Source of the DNA: Acidimicrobiia bacterium
Lineage (GTDB): Bacteria; Actinomycetota; Acidimicrobiia; Spongiisociales; JAHEDJ01
Direction of reading: 5' to 3'
Assembly: GCA_029210695.1 (NCBI GenBank)
Contig: JARGFH010000006.1
Span: 29,005 to 93,004 of the forward strand
DNA length: 64,000 bases
Below, piece after piece: positions 38,298 through 49,900 of this stretch (within the stretch, counting starts at the first letter, position 1; every line of letters begins with the position of its first letter). Made by a program: the position numbers and the translations under genes. The notes below the pieces were generated by a model, which saw nothing but the letters and a program-made list of their open reading frames with translations, was not told where the DNA came from and made no database searches.

Positions 38298-38704
38298 ACC
38301 CTCCAACTCAGATCGGCCGGGCTGTCCAGATGCCGCTCATCGATTCGACTCCGCCGTATACCAGCGTTTTCAGGCCTCCGAGCAGAAACGCATGGGGTTG
38401 GCGTCCCGGTCGGGAATCGACTGACCGTGCGGCCGGCGGTTGGGCAGCACCGTCTCAGCACCCATGAGATTTCATTCCCGAACCGCTCGAATGGTCACGG
38501 GATGACAGGGTCCTCCTCCACGATCGGCCACATGAGCCAGATCGAACGAAGGAACGCGATGACAACCGAGCATCGCGACCACAGCAACACGACAGCGACC
38601 GCGACCAGCCCTGTCACCCGTCTCGCATCCAACCCCCCTCAGCGCCACACGCACGTGCAACAAGTTGCCTGGAGACTCCTGGCCGACCATTCGAGAGGGT
38701 CCGG

Positions 38705-41700
38705 ATGCTGAGCATCGCCAAGGCCCACAAGGACTACTACCTCCAGAAACTGAGCGAGATCACACCCAGGGAGGACTACTACCTTCGAGGTGGAACCGCC
38801 ACGGGTCGTTGGCACGGCAGCGGCGCCCTCGAACAGGGGCTGAAGGGCACCGTGTCAACGGAGGGCCTGGTGCGCCTCTTCGACGGACAACACCCGATGA
38901 CGGGGGAAAAGCTTGGCCGTCAGCTCCGCAAGGACGGGGTGGCGGCCTGGGATCTGACGTTCTCCGCTGACAAGTCGGTGTCGCTGCTGTGGGCGTTCGG
39001 CGACGACGAGGTCCGCCGCCACGTCGTCGAGGCGTTCGAGGAGTCCACCGCAGAGGCCGTCGCCTACCTCGAGTCGGTGGCGTCGTCGACCCGCGGCGCA
39101 TCCCGAACTCCGGTCGTGGACCGCGAGGGGAAGCCGATCCTCGATGACGATGGGAGACAGCGTCATCGGATCGAGACCTGGCCGATCCGCACCACAGGCT
39201 ACGTCTCGGCATGGTTCACCGAATTCACGAGCCGAGCAGACGATCCCCAACTCCATACTCACGTCGTCGTTGGGAACCGGGTGAAGGGCGTCGACGGGGC
39301 GTGGCGGGCCATCGACGGGCGCCTGTTGTACCGGCACAAGCTGGCCGCTGGCTACCTCCACGAAGCCGAACTGCGTCACCGCCTCACCGACCGACTCGGG
39401 GTCCGCTGGCAGCCGGTCCGCAACGGTGTGGCGGACATCGAGGGCTTCTCCCGGGAACAGATCATGGTCTTCTCGCAAAGACGCCAGGCGATCGAGGAGT
39501 GGCGTAACTCCCACGGATACGCCGACACCGCAGCCGCCAACGAGGTCGCCACGCTGGCGACACGGAGTCCCAAACAGGACCACCCCATCGACAACCTAAT
39601 GCCGGTGTGGCTGGAGCGGGGCGCCGGGATAGGAATCACCCCCGAGACGGTGGCCGCCGTGTTGGATCGCAGCCGGGAGGTCACGGTGCCTGACCCCGAC
39701 CCCATCCACGACCGGATGGCCTCCGCCGGAGGGCTCACCGCCCAGGCATCGACCTTCGGACGAGGTGACGCCATCAAAGCAGCAGCAGAAGCCCTCCCCG
39801 AAGGCGGACGAAGAAGTGACGTCGAAGCCCTCGCCGACACCTTCCTACGTCGCTCGGACGTGGTCCCGATCCTCCCCATCCACCCCACCAGTGACGCACT
39901 TAGCGACCTGCCGATCGAACTCGACCCCGCCGAACTCGCCCGGCTGCTAGAGCTCGTCAACTCGACGAAACCACCAACCATGCGGCGCCGCGACGGCGAC
40001 GTCTTCCCCGGCCTGGTCAACGAACGCCGCTACACAACCACCGAACTTCTCACCATCGAACAGCGGATCATCGACCGCGCCCAGAACGGTATCGCAGCCG
40101 ACCGGTGGACAGCCCGTGAGGAGAAGGTGGAAGCCGCCCTCGCCGCGCACCCGGACCTAACAGGCGGCCAACGGGCGATGGTCCATCAGTTCACCGGGTC
40201 CGGAAACGCCATCGACATCGGCGTGGGGGCAGCCGGAACCGGCAAGACCACCGTCATGGCCATCATCGGGGAACTCGCCACCGAGACCGAAACCCCGGTG
40301 GTTGGAACGGCGTTGGCCGCTCGGGCCGCAGCCGGATTCGAGACCGCCACCGGCATTCCCTCGACCACACTTACCCGCTTCCTGTGGGAGACCAAGGCAG
40401 CCGGTGGCCTCCCTACTGGCGCCATCGTCGTCGTCGACGAGGCAGGCATGGTCGGCAGCCGCCAGCTCGCCGATATGTCTGATCTGGTCGAAGAAGCATC
40501 CGGCAAGCTGATCTTGATAGGAGACCACCATCAGCTCGCCGAGATCGACGCCGGCGGGCTCTTCGCCGGGCTCACAGCTCGCCTTCCCGCGGTCGAATTG
40601 ACCGAGAACGTTCGACAGGACCAGGAGTGGGAACGCTCTGCCCTCGTCGAGCTTCGTCACGGGTCGATCTCACGGGCGGTAGCCATGTACAACCGGCGCG
40701 GGAAGATCAACGTCGCCGCCAGCAACGACGACACCATCACCCAGGCGGTCGACGCCTGGTACCGCGACCTCCAAGAGATCGGCGACCCAGCCCAGGTGCT
40801 GCTCATCGGGCACCGCAACACCACCGTCAACCAGCTCAACCGGCAGGCTCGCGCCCGCATTGCTGAATCCGGATTGCTCCACGGACCGACGGTGAGCACT
40901 GGCGATCGCATCCTCCAGGCCGGAGACAGAGCCGTGTGTCTCAAGAATCGGACCAGGCTCGGGGTGCTCAACGGCGACCTGGGCACCGTCACGGCAGTCG
41001 ACACCGAATGGCGAACCGTCACACTCCGGCTCGACCGCAACGACAACACCGTGACCGTTCCGCATTGGTACCTCGACGACGGCCACCTCGACTGGGGCTA
41101 CGCCCTGACCGGACACAAGGCCCAAGGCGCAACCGCACGCCGCGCCCACACGGTCGCGGGCGACGGCGTCGACCGGGAATGGATCTACGTCACCCTGAGC
41201 CGAGGCCGCGAAGCCAACACGATCTACCTGACCAACCCGGAACTTGACGACGGAGAGTGCTTGCATCTAGCGCGCCAGCCCCCCGACCGACTCCCATCCC
41301 TCATCGCCGCCCTCGGCCGCAGCGCCGCAGAGCCAGCGGCGATCGACACCGGACGTGGGCCCCGCATACTCACCGACGAGCAGTTGAACCAGCGGTTGGC
41401 CGACCCGGAGTGGCATCTACGGGTATCGAGAGGGCCGTGGCTCGCGGACGACATCGGTGACAGCGCTGAACCGCTTGTTGAGTATCTGGCAACGCACAGA
41501 GAGGCCCGTGCTCGTCATCGTGACCACCTTGCAGCCATTGCATACGAGCCCCCTCAATGGATCGTCAATGCAATCGGAGAGCGGCCCACGGAACCCGATC
41601 GTCGCGTCACCTGGGATCTGATCGTCGACCACGCAGTCAGCTACCGCGCTGAGCACGCCGTGGCAGACCAGGCTTCTGGGCTTCTCGGTCCACAGCCTGA

Positions 41701-41824
41701 GGGTGATTCGATAGCCGAGCGCGTCGCCTGGGCGGTCGCCAATACGAACGTCGAGCGTGGCGTAAGTCGTCTCAACCTCGAGGGCAGAAACCTGGAGTCA
41801 GATGGAGGCAGGTCGCTCTGTTGA
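38705..41824 (+). CDS. traA: MobF-family conjugative relaxase/helicase (TrwC/TraA-like)
   Basis: N-terminal TrwC relaxase domain ('MLSIAKAHKDYYL...YYLRGG...GRWHGSGA', 'HTHVVVGNRV' His triad) and C-terminal RecD-like helicase with Walker A 'GVGAAGTGKTTV' and 'VVVDEAGMV'. Confidence 0.9.
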   Translation: MLSIAKAHKDYYLQKLSEITPREDYYLRGGTATGRWHGSGALEQGLKGTVSTEGLVRLFDGQHPMTGEKLGRQLRKDGVAAWDLTFSADKSVSLLWAFGDDEVRRHVVEAFEESTAEAVAYLESVASSTRGASRTPVVDREGKPILDDDGRQRHRIETWPIRTTGYVSAWFTEFTSRADDPQLHTHVVVGNRVKGVDGAWRAIDGRLLYRHKLAAGYLHEAELRHRLTDRLGVRWQPVRNGVADIEGFSREQIMVFSQRRQAIEEWRNSHGYADTAAANEVATLATRSPKQDHPIDNLMPVWLERGAGIGITPETVAAVLDRSREVTVPDPDPIHDRMASAGGLTAQASTFGRGDAIKAAAEALPEGGRRSDVEALADTFLRRSDVVPILPIHPTSDALSDLPIELDPAELARLLELVNSTKPPTMRRRDGDVFPGLVNERRYTTTELLTIEQRIIDRAQNGIAADRWTAREEKVEAALAAHPDLTGGQRAMVHQFTGSGNAIDIGVGAAGTGKTTVMAIIGELATETETPVVGTALAARAAAGFETATGIPSTTLTRFLWETKAAGGLPTGAIVVVDEAGMVGSRQLADMSDLVEEASGKLILIGDHHQLAEIDAGGLFAGLTARLPAVELTENVRQDQEWERSALVELRHGSISRAVAMYNRRGKINVAASNDDTITQAVDAWYRDLQEIGDPAQVLLIGHRNTTVNQLNRQARARIAESGLLHGPTVSTGDRILQAGDRAVCLKNRTRLGVLNGDLGTVTAVDTEWRTVTLRLDRNDNTVTVPHWYLDDGHLDWGYALTGHKAQGATARRAHTVAGDGVDREWIYVTLSRGREANTIYLTNPELDDGECLHLARQPPDRLPSLIAALGRSAAEPAAIDTGRGPRILTDEQLNQRLADPEWHLRVSRGPWLADDIGDSAEPLVEYLATHREARARHRDHLAAIAYEPPQWIVNAIGERPTEPDRRVTWDLIVDHAVSYRAEHAVADQASGLLGPQPEGDSIAERVAWAVANTNVERGVSRLNLEGRNLESDGGRSLC

Positions 41825-41950
41825 ATCGGCCTGACATCAACCTCGATCGGATCTCGCCGCCTGAGCCACGTCACTAGGCGTATGAGTGCTCCGACGATCC
41901 AGGCGAGGAGCGCTGCGCCATGTTGGAGTCGACTTCCCTAGACTGGCGTC

Positions 41951-42160
41951 GTGGCGCCCGATGTAAACACGAGCGACCTGATCGGTTCGGCCGAGGTGGC
42001 CGAGATCATCGGTCTCTCTCACACAACCAGCGTCACGACATATCTCAAGCGATACCCGGACTTCCCGAGGCCGGTTGTCGATCTGAGTAAGAGCCGAGTT
42101 CGGCTATGGAGACGACAGGACATTGTGGAGTGGTGCAAGCAGCGGTTGAAGAAGTCGTGA
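41951..42160 (+). CDS. small HTH DNA-binding protein (AlpA/Xis-like)
   Basis: 'IGSAEVAEIIGLSHTTSVTTYLKRYPDFPRPVV...RLWRRQDIVEW'. Confidence 0.5.
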   Translation: MAPDVNTSDLIGSAEVAEIIGLSHTTSVTTYLKRYPDFPRPVVDLSKSRVRLWRRQDIVEWCKQRLKKS

Positions 42161-42216
42161 CTCACGAGATCGTCGATGGGTCGGTGAGTGGTGGCCCCAG
42201 TACCAGCCAGACGATC

Positions 42217-42927
42217 ATGGTTGCCAGCCTGCAGCACTTGCTCAGGGTTGTTCCGGCCGACGCGCCACCCAGCGGGTATCGATCTGCCGTCATGGAAGAG
42301 AACGTCCTTGGGAAGGAGACCATGCGCGCTCGCGAGTGGGCTTTTCGGCAGCTCCGTCGCTTCTACGGTCTAGACCCCGACGTCTTGCTGTTTCGAGGGC
42401 TTCGCGATTTGTGGCCGGACGACCCGGTCGGTCAGCCTCTCCTCGCCATGTTGTGTGCCCTCGCTAGGGACGCTGTCCTGCGCTCAACGGCCGGGGTCAT
42501 CCTGAATTCAGAACCGGGTGTGCCCGTTGGCCCTACGGACTTTCGCTCGACCATTGAGGAGGCCTTCCCTGGCGTGTATGGCGACAAGACCCTTCGCACT
42601 GCTGCTGGGAACGTTGCATCTTCCTGGTATCAGGCTGGCCACTTGGACAAAGAGACACGGACGGAGAAGGTCCGAAGTCGGGCGACGGCTACACCGGCCG
42701 ACCTTGCCTATGGCCTACTACTCGGACACATAGAAGGTCACAGAGGCCAGGCATTGTTCGACACTCTTTGGACAAGGGTTCTCGACCAGCCGGCATCACG
42801 CCTTACCGACCTTGCGGTTACCGCGTCGCAGCGAGGTCTGATCGAGTTCAAGAACGCGGGTGGCATCGTTGACGTCGGCTTCACCGTGCTATTGCGTCCC
42901 TTTGATGACGAGGCTTCGTCGCTGTGA
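42217..42927 (+). CDS. brxA: BrxA-like (DUF1819) BREX protein; start uncertain (ORF opens at 42106)
   Basis: Its position is immediately upstream of, and overlapping, brxB. The ~230-aa helical protein is consistent with DUF1819, but this is a sequence-context call. Confidence 0.45.
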   Translation: MVASLQHLLRVVPADAPPSGYRSAVMEENVLGKETMRAREWAFRQLRRFYGLDPDVLLFRGLRDLWPDDPVGQPLLAMLCALARDAVLRSTAGVILNSEPGVPVGPTDFRSTIEEAFPGVYGDKTLRTAAGNVASSWYQAGHLDKETRTEKVRSRATATPADLAYGLLLGHIEGHRGQALFDTLWTRVLDQPASRLTDLAVTASQRGLIEFKNAGGIVDVGFTVLLRPFDDEASSL

Positions 42928-43484
42928 GTTACGTCGACCAACTCGTCGAGGCCTACCGGAAGTTCGTGGCTCTCCCATGGCAGGAGAACCTGGCTCCTCC
43001 GCAACGGGTGTGGATGACCGTGTACCCACCTGAGCACGAGCGCCGACTACGACTCCATCTGCCCGCGTTCAAGGCGGCGACCACCGAACACAACCGAGCC
43101 TGGGCGCTGATCGACATCACCATCTCCTTCGAGCAGTGGATGGCCGACCACGAGTACCGAGACGCCTACTTCGAGGATCCCGAACTCTTGGAGACGGCAC
43201 TCCCTGCCTTCTTCGACCATCTTGTGGAGCATGTGCGAGCGCGTCTTGCTGAGCAACCAGATCCGAAGGGAGTTGTGGCAGTTCTCGGTGCGGGCACGCT
43301 GTTCGGTTTGGGTGACGCGGTCAAGGTGTCCGCTCTGCTCAACGCGGTCAATGATGCGGTCGCCGGCCGATTGTTGATCTTCTTTCCGGGTGAGCACGAG
43401 GGCAACAGCTATCGCCTCCTCGACGCCCGAGATGGATGGAACTACCTGGCGACGCCGATCACACCAAACGGGAGAAACGGATGA
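42924..43484 (+). CDS. brxB: BrxB-like (DUF1788) BREX protein
   Basis: 186 aa, translationally coupled between brxA and brxC. 'WMTVYPPEHERRLRLHLPAFKAA...' fits the DUF1788 size and pattern. Confidence 0.55.
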   Translation: MSYVDQLVEAYRKFVALPWQENLAPPQRVWMTVYPPEHERRLRLHLPAFKAATTEHNRAWALIDITISFEQWMADHEYRDAYFEDPELLETALPAFFDHLVEHVRARLAEQPDPKGVVAVLGAGTLFGLGDAVKVSALLNAVNDAVAGRLLIFFPGEHEGNSYRLLDARDGWNYLATPITPNGRNG

Positions 43485-46400
43485 CCATCACGAACAGGGA
43501 ACTCTTCCACCGGGACCCTACCGCCACGAAGATCCCCAACGACGGAGTGGCCAAGGTCGTCCGTCCCGAGACCGACCAGCAATGGGACGTCTTGCACTGG
43601 GAACTCCGGAGCTTCGTGTGCGATGGTCAGTACGCCCTCGGTCTTGAGCGGATACTCGACAGCTTCCTCAAGAACCTGACCCAATCAGAGCAGCCAGCCG
43701 TCTGGATCAGCGGGTTCTACGGGAGCGGCAAGTCGCACCTCGTCAGGGTTCTCGAGCACTTGTGGCGCGACGTGGAGTTGCCAGGCGGCGACCGCGCACG
43801 CGAGCTCGTATCGCTCCCGGAGGAGATCAGTGACCACCTGGTCGAGCTGTCAACCGAGGGCAAGCGCAACGGGGGCCTCTGGTCTGCTGCCGGCACGCTG
43901 GCATCAGGGAAAAGCGACGAGGTGCGCATCGCCTTCTTATCGGTGCTGTTCGAGGCAGCCGGGCTGCCAGAGCAGTACCCGCTGGCCCGCTTCATGATCT
44001 GGGCCAAGGAGATCGGTTATCTCGACCACCTCACCGAAGCAGTCACCCAAGCCGGCCGGACACTCGACAAAGAGATCCACGATCTCTACGTCTCACCTGT
44101 GATTGCGAAGGCACTCCTCGAAGCAGATCCGAGTCTCGGCGACACCGTGAAGGACGTTCGCGACCTTCTCAAGACGCAGTTTCCGCCTACCACCCGAGAC
44201 ATCGACCGTGACGAGATGCTCGACGTCATGGAACGGGTCCTTGCCTTCCAGTCGACCACAGACGGGAAGGTCCCGCTCACCTTGATCGTCCTCGATGAGA
44301 TGCAGCAATACATCGGTGATGACAACGAGAAAGCGATCACCGTTCAGCTGATTGCCGAGGACTGCTCGTCCCGCTTCGAGAACCAAGTCCTCATCGTTGC
44401 CACCGGCCAGAGTGCGCTGACGGCCACCCCAACCCTCCAGAAGCTCACGGAGCGGTTCACGGTGATGGTTCCGCTGTCCGACCAGGACGTTGAATCGGTG
44501 ATTCGCGAAGTCGTGCTCCGCAAGCGCCCGGAGTTCGTCCCGGAGCTCAAGTCCACCCTCGAGTCGGTGAGCGGCGAGATCGACAAGCACCTTGCAGGAA
44601 CCCAGCTTGCCCCGAAAGCGGCCGACAAGCCCGACCTCGTGCCGGACTACCCGCTCCTCCCCACGCGCCGCAGATTCTGGGAACTGGCGCTCCGAGCGAT
44701 CGACCGCGCCGGCAAGGCTGGCGTCCTACGAACTCAGCTTCGGATCATGCACGAGGCCGCGGCCCGGGTGGCCGGAGAACCGATTGGTCACGTGGTCGGC
44801 GCTGACTTCCTCTACGACGAGCAGGCCCCGGGCATGCTGCAGAGCGGGGTCCTTCTCAAAGAGATCGACGAACTGATCGCCACCATGCGCACCGAGGGCG
44901 CCGACGGCGAGTTGAAAGCCCGGATCTGCGCCCTGGCCTTCCTGATTTCCCAGATTCGCCCGAAGACCATTGGTGCGGAGGGGCTGCGTGCCACTGCCCC
45001 GTTCCTGGCAGACCTCCTCGTGGAAGACCTCGCCGATGACGGAGCGAAGCTGCGTAAGAAGGTGCCCGAGATGCTTGACGTCCTCGTAAAGGACGGGCGC
45101 CTGATGCGCATCGAGGACGAGTACCGGCTCCAGACGGAAGAAGGGGCCGAGTGGGAGAAGGAGTACAGCAGCCGTCTCGCCGCCATCCGCGACGACGCAA
45201 GCCGCATGAATCAGCTCCGCAGCGAACGGATCGTCGCTGCTGTGGACGGTGCGCTCAGTGGACTGAAACTCGCACAGGGAGCCAGTAAGACGCCCAGGAA
45301 GGTTCAGACATACTGGGGTCAAGACGAGCCGTCGACAGTCGACGGGGACGTCCCAGTGTGGATTCGCGACGAGTGGTCGGTGACGGAGTCAGCCGTCAAG
45401 AAGTCGGCCGCTGAAGCTGGGGACGAGAGTCCCGTCGTTTTCGTCCTCCTCCCCAAGCACGAAGCCGACCAGATCAAGGACGCCCTCGCCAGCTACGCCG
45501 CGGCCGAGGACACGCTACGAAGGCCCACACCGCAAACCGATGAGGGCAAGGAGGCACAGCGGGCGATGAAGACCCGTCTCGCTACCGACGACGAGCGGCT
45601 CAAATCGCTCTTCCAGGATGTCGCTGCCCGCGCCCGAGTATTCCAGGGTGGCGGCGCCGAGGTCACCACGTCGACGCTCCGCAGCGCCGTCGAGACCGCC
45701 GCCAACCGGTCACTGATTCGGCTCTTTCCGAAGTTCGGCGCCAGCGACAACGCCAACTGGGGGAAGGTGGTGTCCAAGGCGCGAGACGGCGCCCCAGACG
45801 CCCTCGCCGCTATCGGCCACCACGGCGAGCCGACCACGCACCCAGTGTGCAAGGAGGTGCTGGCTTCTGTCAGCCCGGGCGGTACCAAAGGCGCTGACCT
45901 GCACAAACGGTTCGCCGGATCCCCGTACGGCTGGCCCCGGGATGCCGTGAACGGGGCGATCCTCACGCTTCTTGCCGCGGGCCACATCCGAGCCGGCCAG
46001 GACGGAAAGGACCTCGCCGGACCCAAGGAGTTGCCTCCAACGCAGATTGGCAAGGTCACCTTGTACAAGGAAGACGAACCGCCGACGATGGGGCAACAGC
46101 TCGCAATAAGAAGCTTGCTCACCGCAGCCGGAGTCGCATATGAACCCAGCCAGGAAGGCGCGCAGATCCCGGCCCTCCTCCAGCGGCTCAAAGACTTCGC
46201 GGGGCGCTCTGGGGGTGCGCCACCGCTCCCCGAGTCACCCGATGTCGATCATATTGACGCCCTGCTAGCCCTGGGAGGCAACCAGCGGTTCCGCGCCGTG
46301 GCCGACGACCACGAACGACTCAGTCAGGAACTCGAACAATGGCGCGCCGCCGACCAGAAACGGGAAAAGCGGGAGGCGGAATGGCTTGACTTACAGCGTC

Positions 46401-46945
46401 TGGTCCGTCACGCCGCCGGGCTTCCAGTCGAGGGAGCAGTCCAGTCTGCGGTCTCGGCGATTCGTGATGGCCGTCAGCTTCTCGATGAGCCCAACCCGCT
46501 CTCACCAATCCTGGATGAGCTGGCCGACGCCCTCCGCTCGGACGTCTTAGGTCGCGCCGAAGAGCTCGCTGCTGCGCAGCGAGACGCCATCGCCGATCTC
46601 GAGACGTGGGAAGGGTGGAACGATCTCAGCCCAGGCGATCGCGAGTCGATCATCGCCGAGTCCAAGCTGAATCCCGCAGCCGCGCCAGACGTCGCCACCG
46701 ATGCTCAACTCCTCGACACACTCGATGCCACTCCCTTGAGCTCCTGGCAGGATCGGATCAGCCTTGTCCCGAGTCGGCGGGATCAAGCCCGCCACCGCGC
46801 CGCGACGAAGCTCGAGCCCGAAAGCGTTTCCATCGAGCTTCCGTCAGCGACCATCAAGTCCCCAGACGATCTTGACGCGTACGTCGACGAGCTACGCGCC
46901 AAGGTGCAGCCCCATCTCGATGCGGACAAGACGGTGATCATCTAA
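43481..46945 (+). CDS. brxC: BrxC/PglY-like large P-loop ATPase of BREX
   Basis: ~1150 aa. Walker A 'SGFYGSGKSHLV' near the N-terminus, Walker B 'LIVLDEMQQYI', and a long helical C-terminus. ATGA overlap with brxB. Confidence 0.8.
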   Translation: MTITNRELFHRDPTATKIPNDGVAKVVRPETDQQWDVLHWELRSFVCDGQYALGLERILDSFLKNLTQSEQPAVWISGFYGSGKSHLVRVLEHLWRDVELPGGDRARELVSLPEEISDHLVELSTEGKRNGGLWSAAGTLASGKSDEVRIAFLSVLFEAAGLPEQYPLARFMIWAKEIGYLDHLTEAVTQAGRTLDKEIHDLYVSPVIAKALLEADPSLGDTVKDVRDLLKTQFPPTTRDIDRDEMLDVMERVLAFQSTTDGKVPLTLIVLDEMQQYIGDDNEKAITVQLIAEDCSSRFENQVLIVATGQSALTATPTLQKLTERFTVMVPLSDQDVESVIREVVLRKRPEFVPELKSTLESVSGEIDKHLAGTQLAPKAADKPDLVPDYPLLPTRRRFWELALRAIDRAGKAGVLRTQLRIMHEAAARVAGEPIGHVVGADFLYDEQAPGMLQSGVLLKEIDELIATMRTEGADGELKARICALAFLISQIRPKTIGAEGLRATAPFLADLLVEDLADDGAKLRKKVPEMLDVLVKDGRLMRIEDEYRLQTEEGAEWEKEYSSRLAAIRDDASRMNQLRSERIVAAVDGALSGLKLAQGASKTPRKVQTYWGQDEPSTVDGDVPVWIRDEWSVTESAVKKSAAEAGDESPVVFVLLPKHEADQIKDALASYAAAEDTLRRPTPQTDEGKEAQRAMKTRLATDDERLKSLFQDVAARARVFQGGGAEVTTSTLRSAVETAANRSLIRLFPKFGASDNANWGKVVSKARDGAPDALAAIGHHGEPTTHPVCKEVLASVSPGGTKGADLHKRFAGSPYGWPRDAVNGAILTLLAAGHIRAGQDGKDLAGPKELPPTQIGKVTLYKEDEPPTMGQQLAIRSLLTAAGVAYEPSQEGAQIPALLQRLKDFAGRSGGAPPLPESPDVDHIDALLALGGNQRFRAVADDHERLSQELEQWRAADQKREKREAEWLDLQRLVRHAAGLPVEGAVQSAVSAIRDGRQLLDEPNPLSPILDELADALRSDVLGRAEELAAAQRDAIADLETWEGWNDLSPGDRESIIAESKLNPAAAPDVATDAQLLDTLDATPLSSWQDRISLVPSRRDQARHRAATKLEPESVSIELPSATIKSPDDLDAYVDELRAKVQPHLDADKTVII

Positions 46946-49900
46946 TGGCGAAGACGACACCGCTCTCGCCATCGTTGCGGAAGCAACTCGAAACGGCGAT
47001 CCTGGCTGGTCGCCGTGCTGCTGAGAGTGCATCACGGGCTGCGATCGATGGGTTGGGCGTGTTCGCGGATCGGCGACCCGAGCATCTCAACTCCGAGCAG
47101 GCGTCATTGCGGGTCGGGTTGCGGACCAAGTGGCGTCAACTGGGGGATGATCGAGAGCTGCTGATCGCCGAGTGTGCATATGAGCAGTGGCACCGGCTCC
47201 TGTTCGCCCGGTTCCTCGCCGAGAATCGGCTGTTGCTCCACCCTCAGTTCCGGGCGGCGGTGACGTTGGCAGAGTGTGAGGATTTGGCTCCGGAGTTGGG
47301 TGAGCCGGATGGCTGGTCGGTGGCGGCCCGGTTTGCCTCGGAGATCCTGCCTGGAATCTTCCGGGTGGATGATCCCTGTGTCCGATTGCGGCTGGCGCCA
47401 GAAGGACGGCATGCCCTCGAGGAGATCCTGGCGGGGATCCCGCCAGAGGTGTTCCAGGCTGGCGATTCCCTGGGGTGGGTGTATCAGTTCTGGCAGAAGG
47501 ACAAGAAGGACGAGGTCAACGCATCGGAGCGGAAGATCGGCGGAGCGGATCTGGGACCGGTTACGCAGCTGTTCACCGAGAACTACATGGTCCGATTCCT
47601 CTTGGAGAACTCACTGGGGGCGTGGTGGTCGGCGCGGCATCCCGACAGCCCGCTGGTTAAGGGCTTCGACTACCTCAGACTCGATGATGAGGGTCAACCA
47701 ACAGCGGGATCGTTTGACGGGTGGCCCGATCGAGCCGCTGAGGTGACCCTGATGGACCCGTGCTGTGGGTCGGGTCACTTCCTGGTAGAGGCATTTTCGA
47801 TGTTGTGGCGGATGCGGGCCGAGGAAGAGGGGCTCAGTCCGACCGACGCGCAGGATGCGGTGTTGCGGGACAACCTGTTCGGCCTGGAGTTGGATCCCCG
47901 GTGCGTCCAGATCGCCATGATGGCGGTGGCCCTGCAGGCGTGGAAGGCAGGGGACGGGTGGCGTGAGCTGCCGGTGCCGAACATCGCCTGTTCAGGTATC
48001 CCGGTGAAAGCCCCGGTAGACGAGTGGAAGGCTCTGGCGGAGGGTGATGAGCGCCTTGAGAGCGCCCTTATCCGTCTACACATCCTGTTCCGCGAGGCCG
48101 ACACCTTCGGCAGTCTGATCGAGCCCAAGCGGGCAACTGAGATCAGCGACCCCACCCAATTGCAACAGTCGTTCGAGGATGTGGAGTGGGACGCGGTCGC
48201 TCCCCTACTCGAGAAGGCCGCATCAAGGGAGAGTAACGACCCCGCAATCGCTGTGCTCGGCGCTGACGCTGCCAGCATCGCCCGGGCCGCCGACTACCTC
48301 AGCCGTCGCTACTCCCTCGTCGCGACCAATGTCCCATACCTCGGGCGTCAGTTCATGGAGCGGCATCTACGGGACTACTGCGACCGGTACTACTCCGACG
48401 CGGCGTTTGACATCGCAACATGCTTCGTTGATCGCATGTCTCGGATGGGGGCGGTCGGATCTACCCGCGCAGTAGTGCTGCCGCAGAACTGGTTGTTCTT
48501 GGGCAGCTACTCGAAGATCCGATGTCGCCTTCTGGACGAGCTGACGTGGGCAATGTGTGTCCGCCTCGGGCCGGGTGCGTTTGAGGAGATAAGTGGCGAG
48601 GTGGTTCAGGCAAGTCTTCTGATTGCCAACGCTGGACCGCCCGATCCCGGTCATGCAATGGCGCTCTTGGACGCTCGTTCCGAGCGGCCAGCAGCTAGGA
48701 AGGCGGAAGCACTCCGCGCGGGGGCGCCGTTGTTGATCGACCAAGGCACGCAGAGATCGAACCCGGATTGCGTTGTGGCTTTCGAACTGCTCGGCACTGG
48801 CCCGCTCTTGAGCGAGTACGCCGACAGCATCCAAGGTTTCATCACTGGCGACAACGAACGATTCCGACGGTTCTTCTGGGAGATCGGGTCGCTAACGAAC
48901 GACCTCAGCTGGGATCGTATTCAGACGACGGTGAACGTCACACGGGCGTATGGAGGGCGTTCGGAGTACATGCGCTGGGAGCAAGGCCACGGGCACCTGG
49001 CGACTAGCCCGCAAGCGCGGGTCCAAGGGCTCCAGGCACGCGGTCGGCGCGGGGTCGCGCTCGCGCGGCTAGGCCAGCTCCCGGCGACTCTGTTCGATGG
49101 TGACTTCTTCTCAGACGCCGTCGGTTTGGTCGTGCCTCGCAACGAAGCCGACCTCCGCGCGGTTTGGGCGTTCTGCAGCTCGGATAGCTATTCGGCGGCT
49201 GTTCGAGCGATCAACACGAAGCTGAGCGTCGCAAACGCAACTCTCGTCAAAGTGCCATTCGACATCGACCACTGGCGCACGGTCGCCGAGGGCGCTGGTC
49301 CTCTACCGGAGCCGTGGTCGGACGATCCGACGCAGTGGCTATTCGAGGGCCGTCCGGAGTTGTCGACGGCCTCCTTGCAGGTGGCGGTAGCGAGGTTGGT
49401 GGGGTATCGCTGGCCAGAACAGCCACAGTCGGACGATCTCGAAGGGTTCGCCGACTCGGATGCGATTGTGTGCTTGCCGTCGGTGGCAGGTGAACCCCCT
49501 GCGGCCGATCGGGTGCACCGTCTGTTGGCGACGGCCTACGGGGAGGCCTGGTCGCCGGCCATGGTTAAGCGACTCCTGGAGGCGTCAGGCTCGAAGAAGA
49601 CGAGCTTGCCGGGTTGGCTGCGGGATGACTTCTTCAAACAGCACTGCGCCCTATTCGGGAACCGCCCGTTTGTCTGGCACATCTGGGATGGACAGCGTGA
49701 CGGGTTCTCGGCGTTCGTGAACTACCACCGGCTGGATCGTAAGAACCTTGAAAAGCTGACCTACACGTATCTGGGCACAGATTGGGTGGAGCGGCAGAAG
49801 GCTGAGGTGCGTGATGAGGTGGCAGGGGCGGAGGCCCGGTTGGTGGCTGCGCTGGAGCTGCAGGCCAAGTTGGAGCAGATCCTGGAGGGAGTTGCACCGT

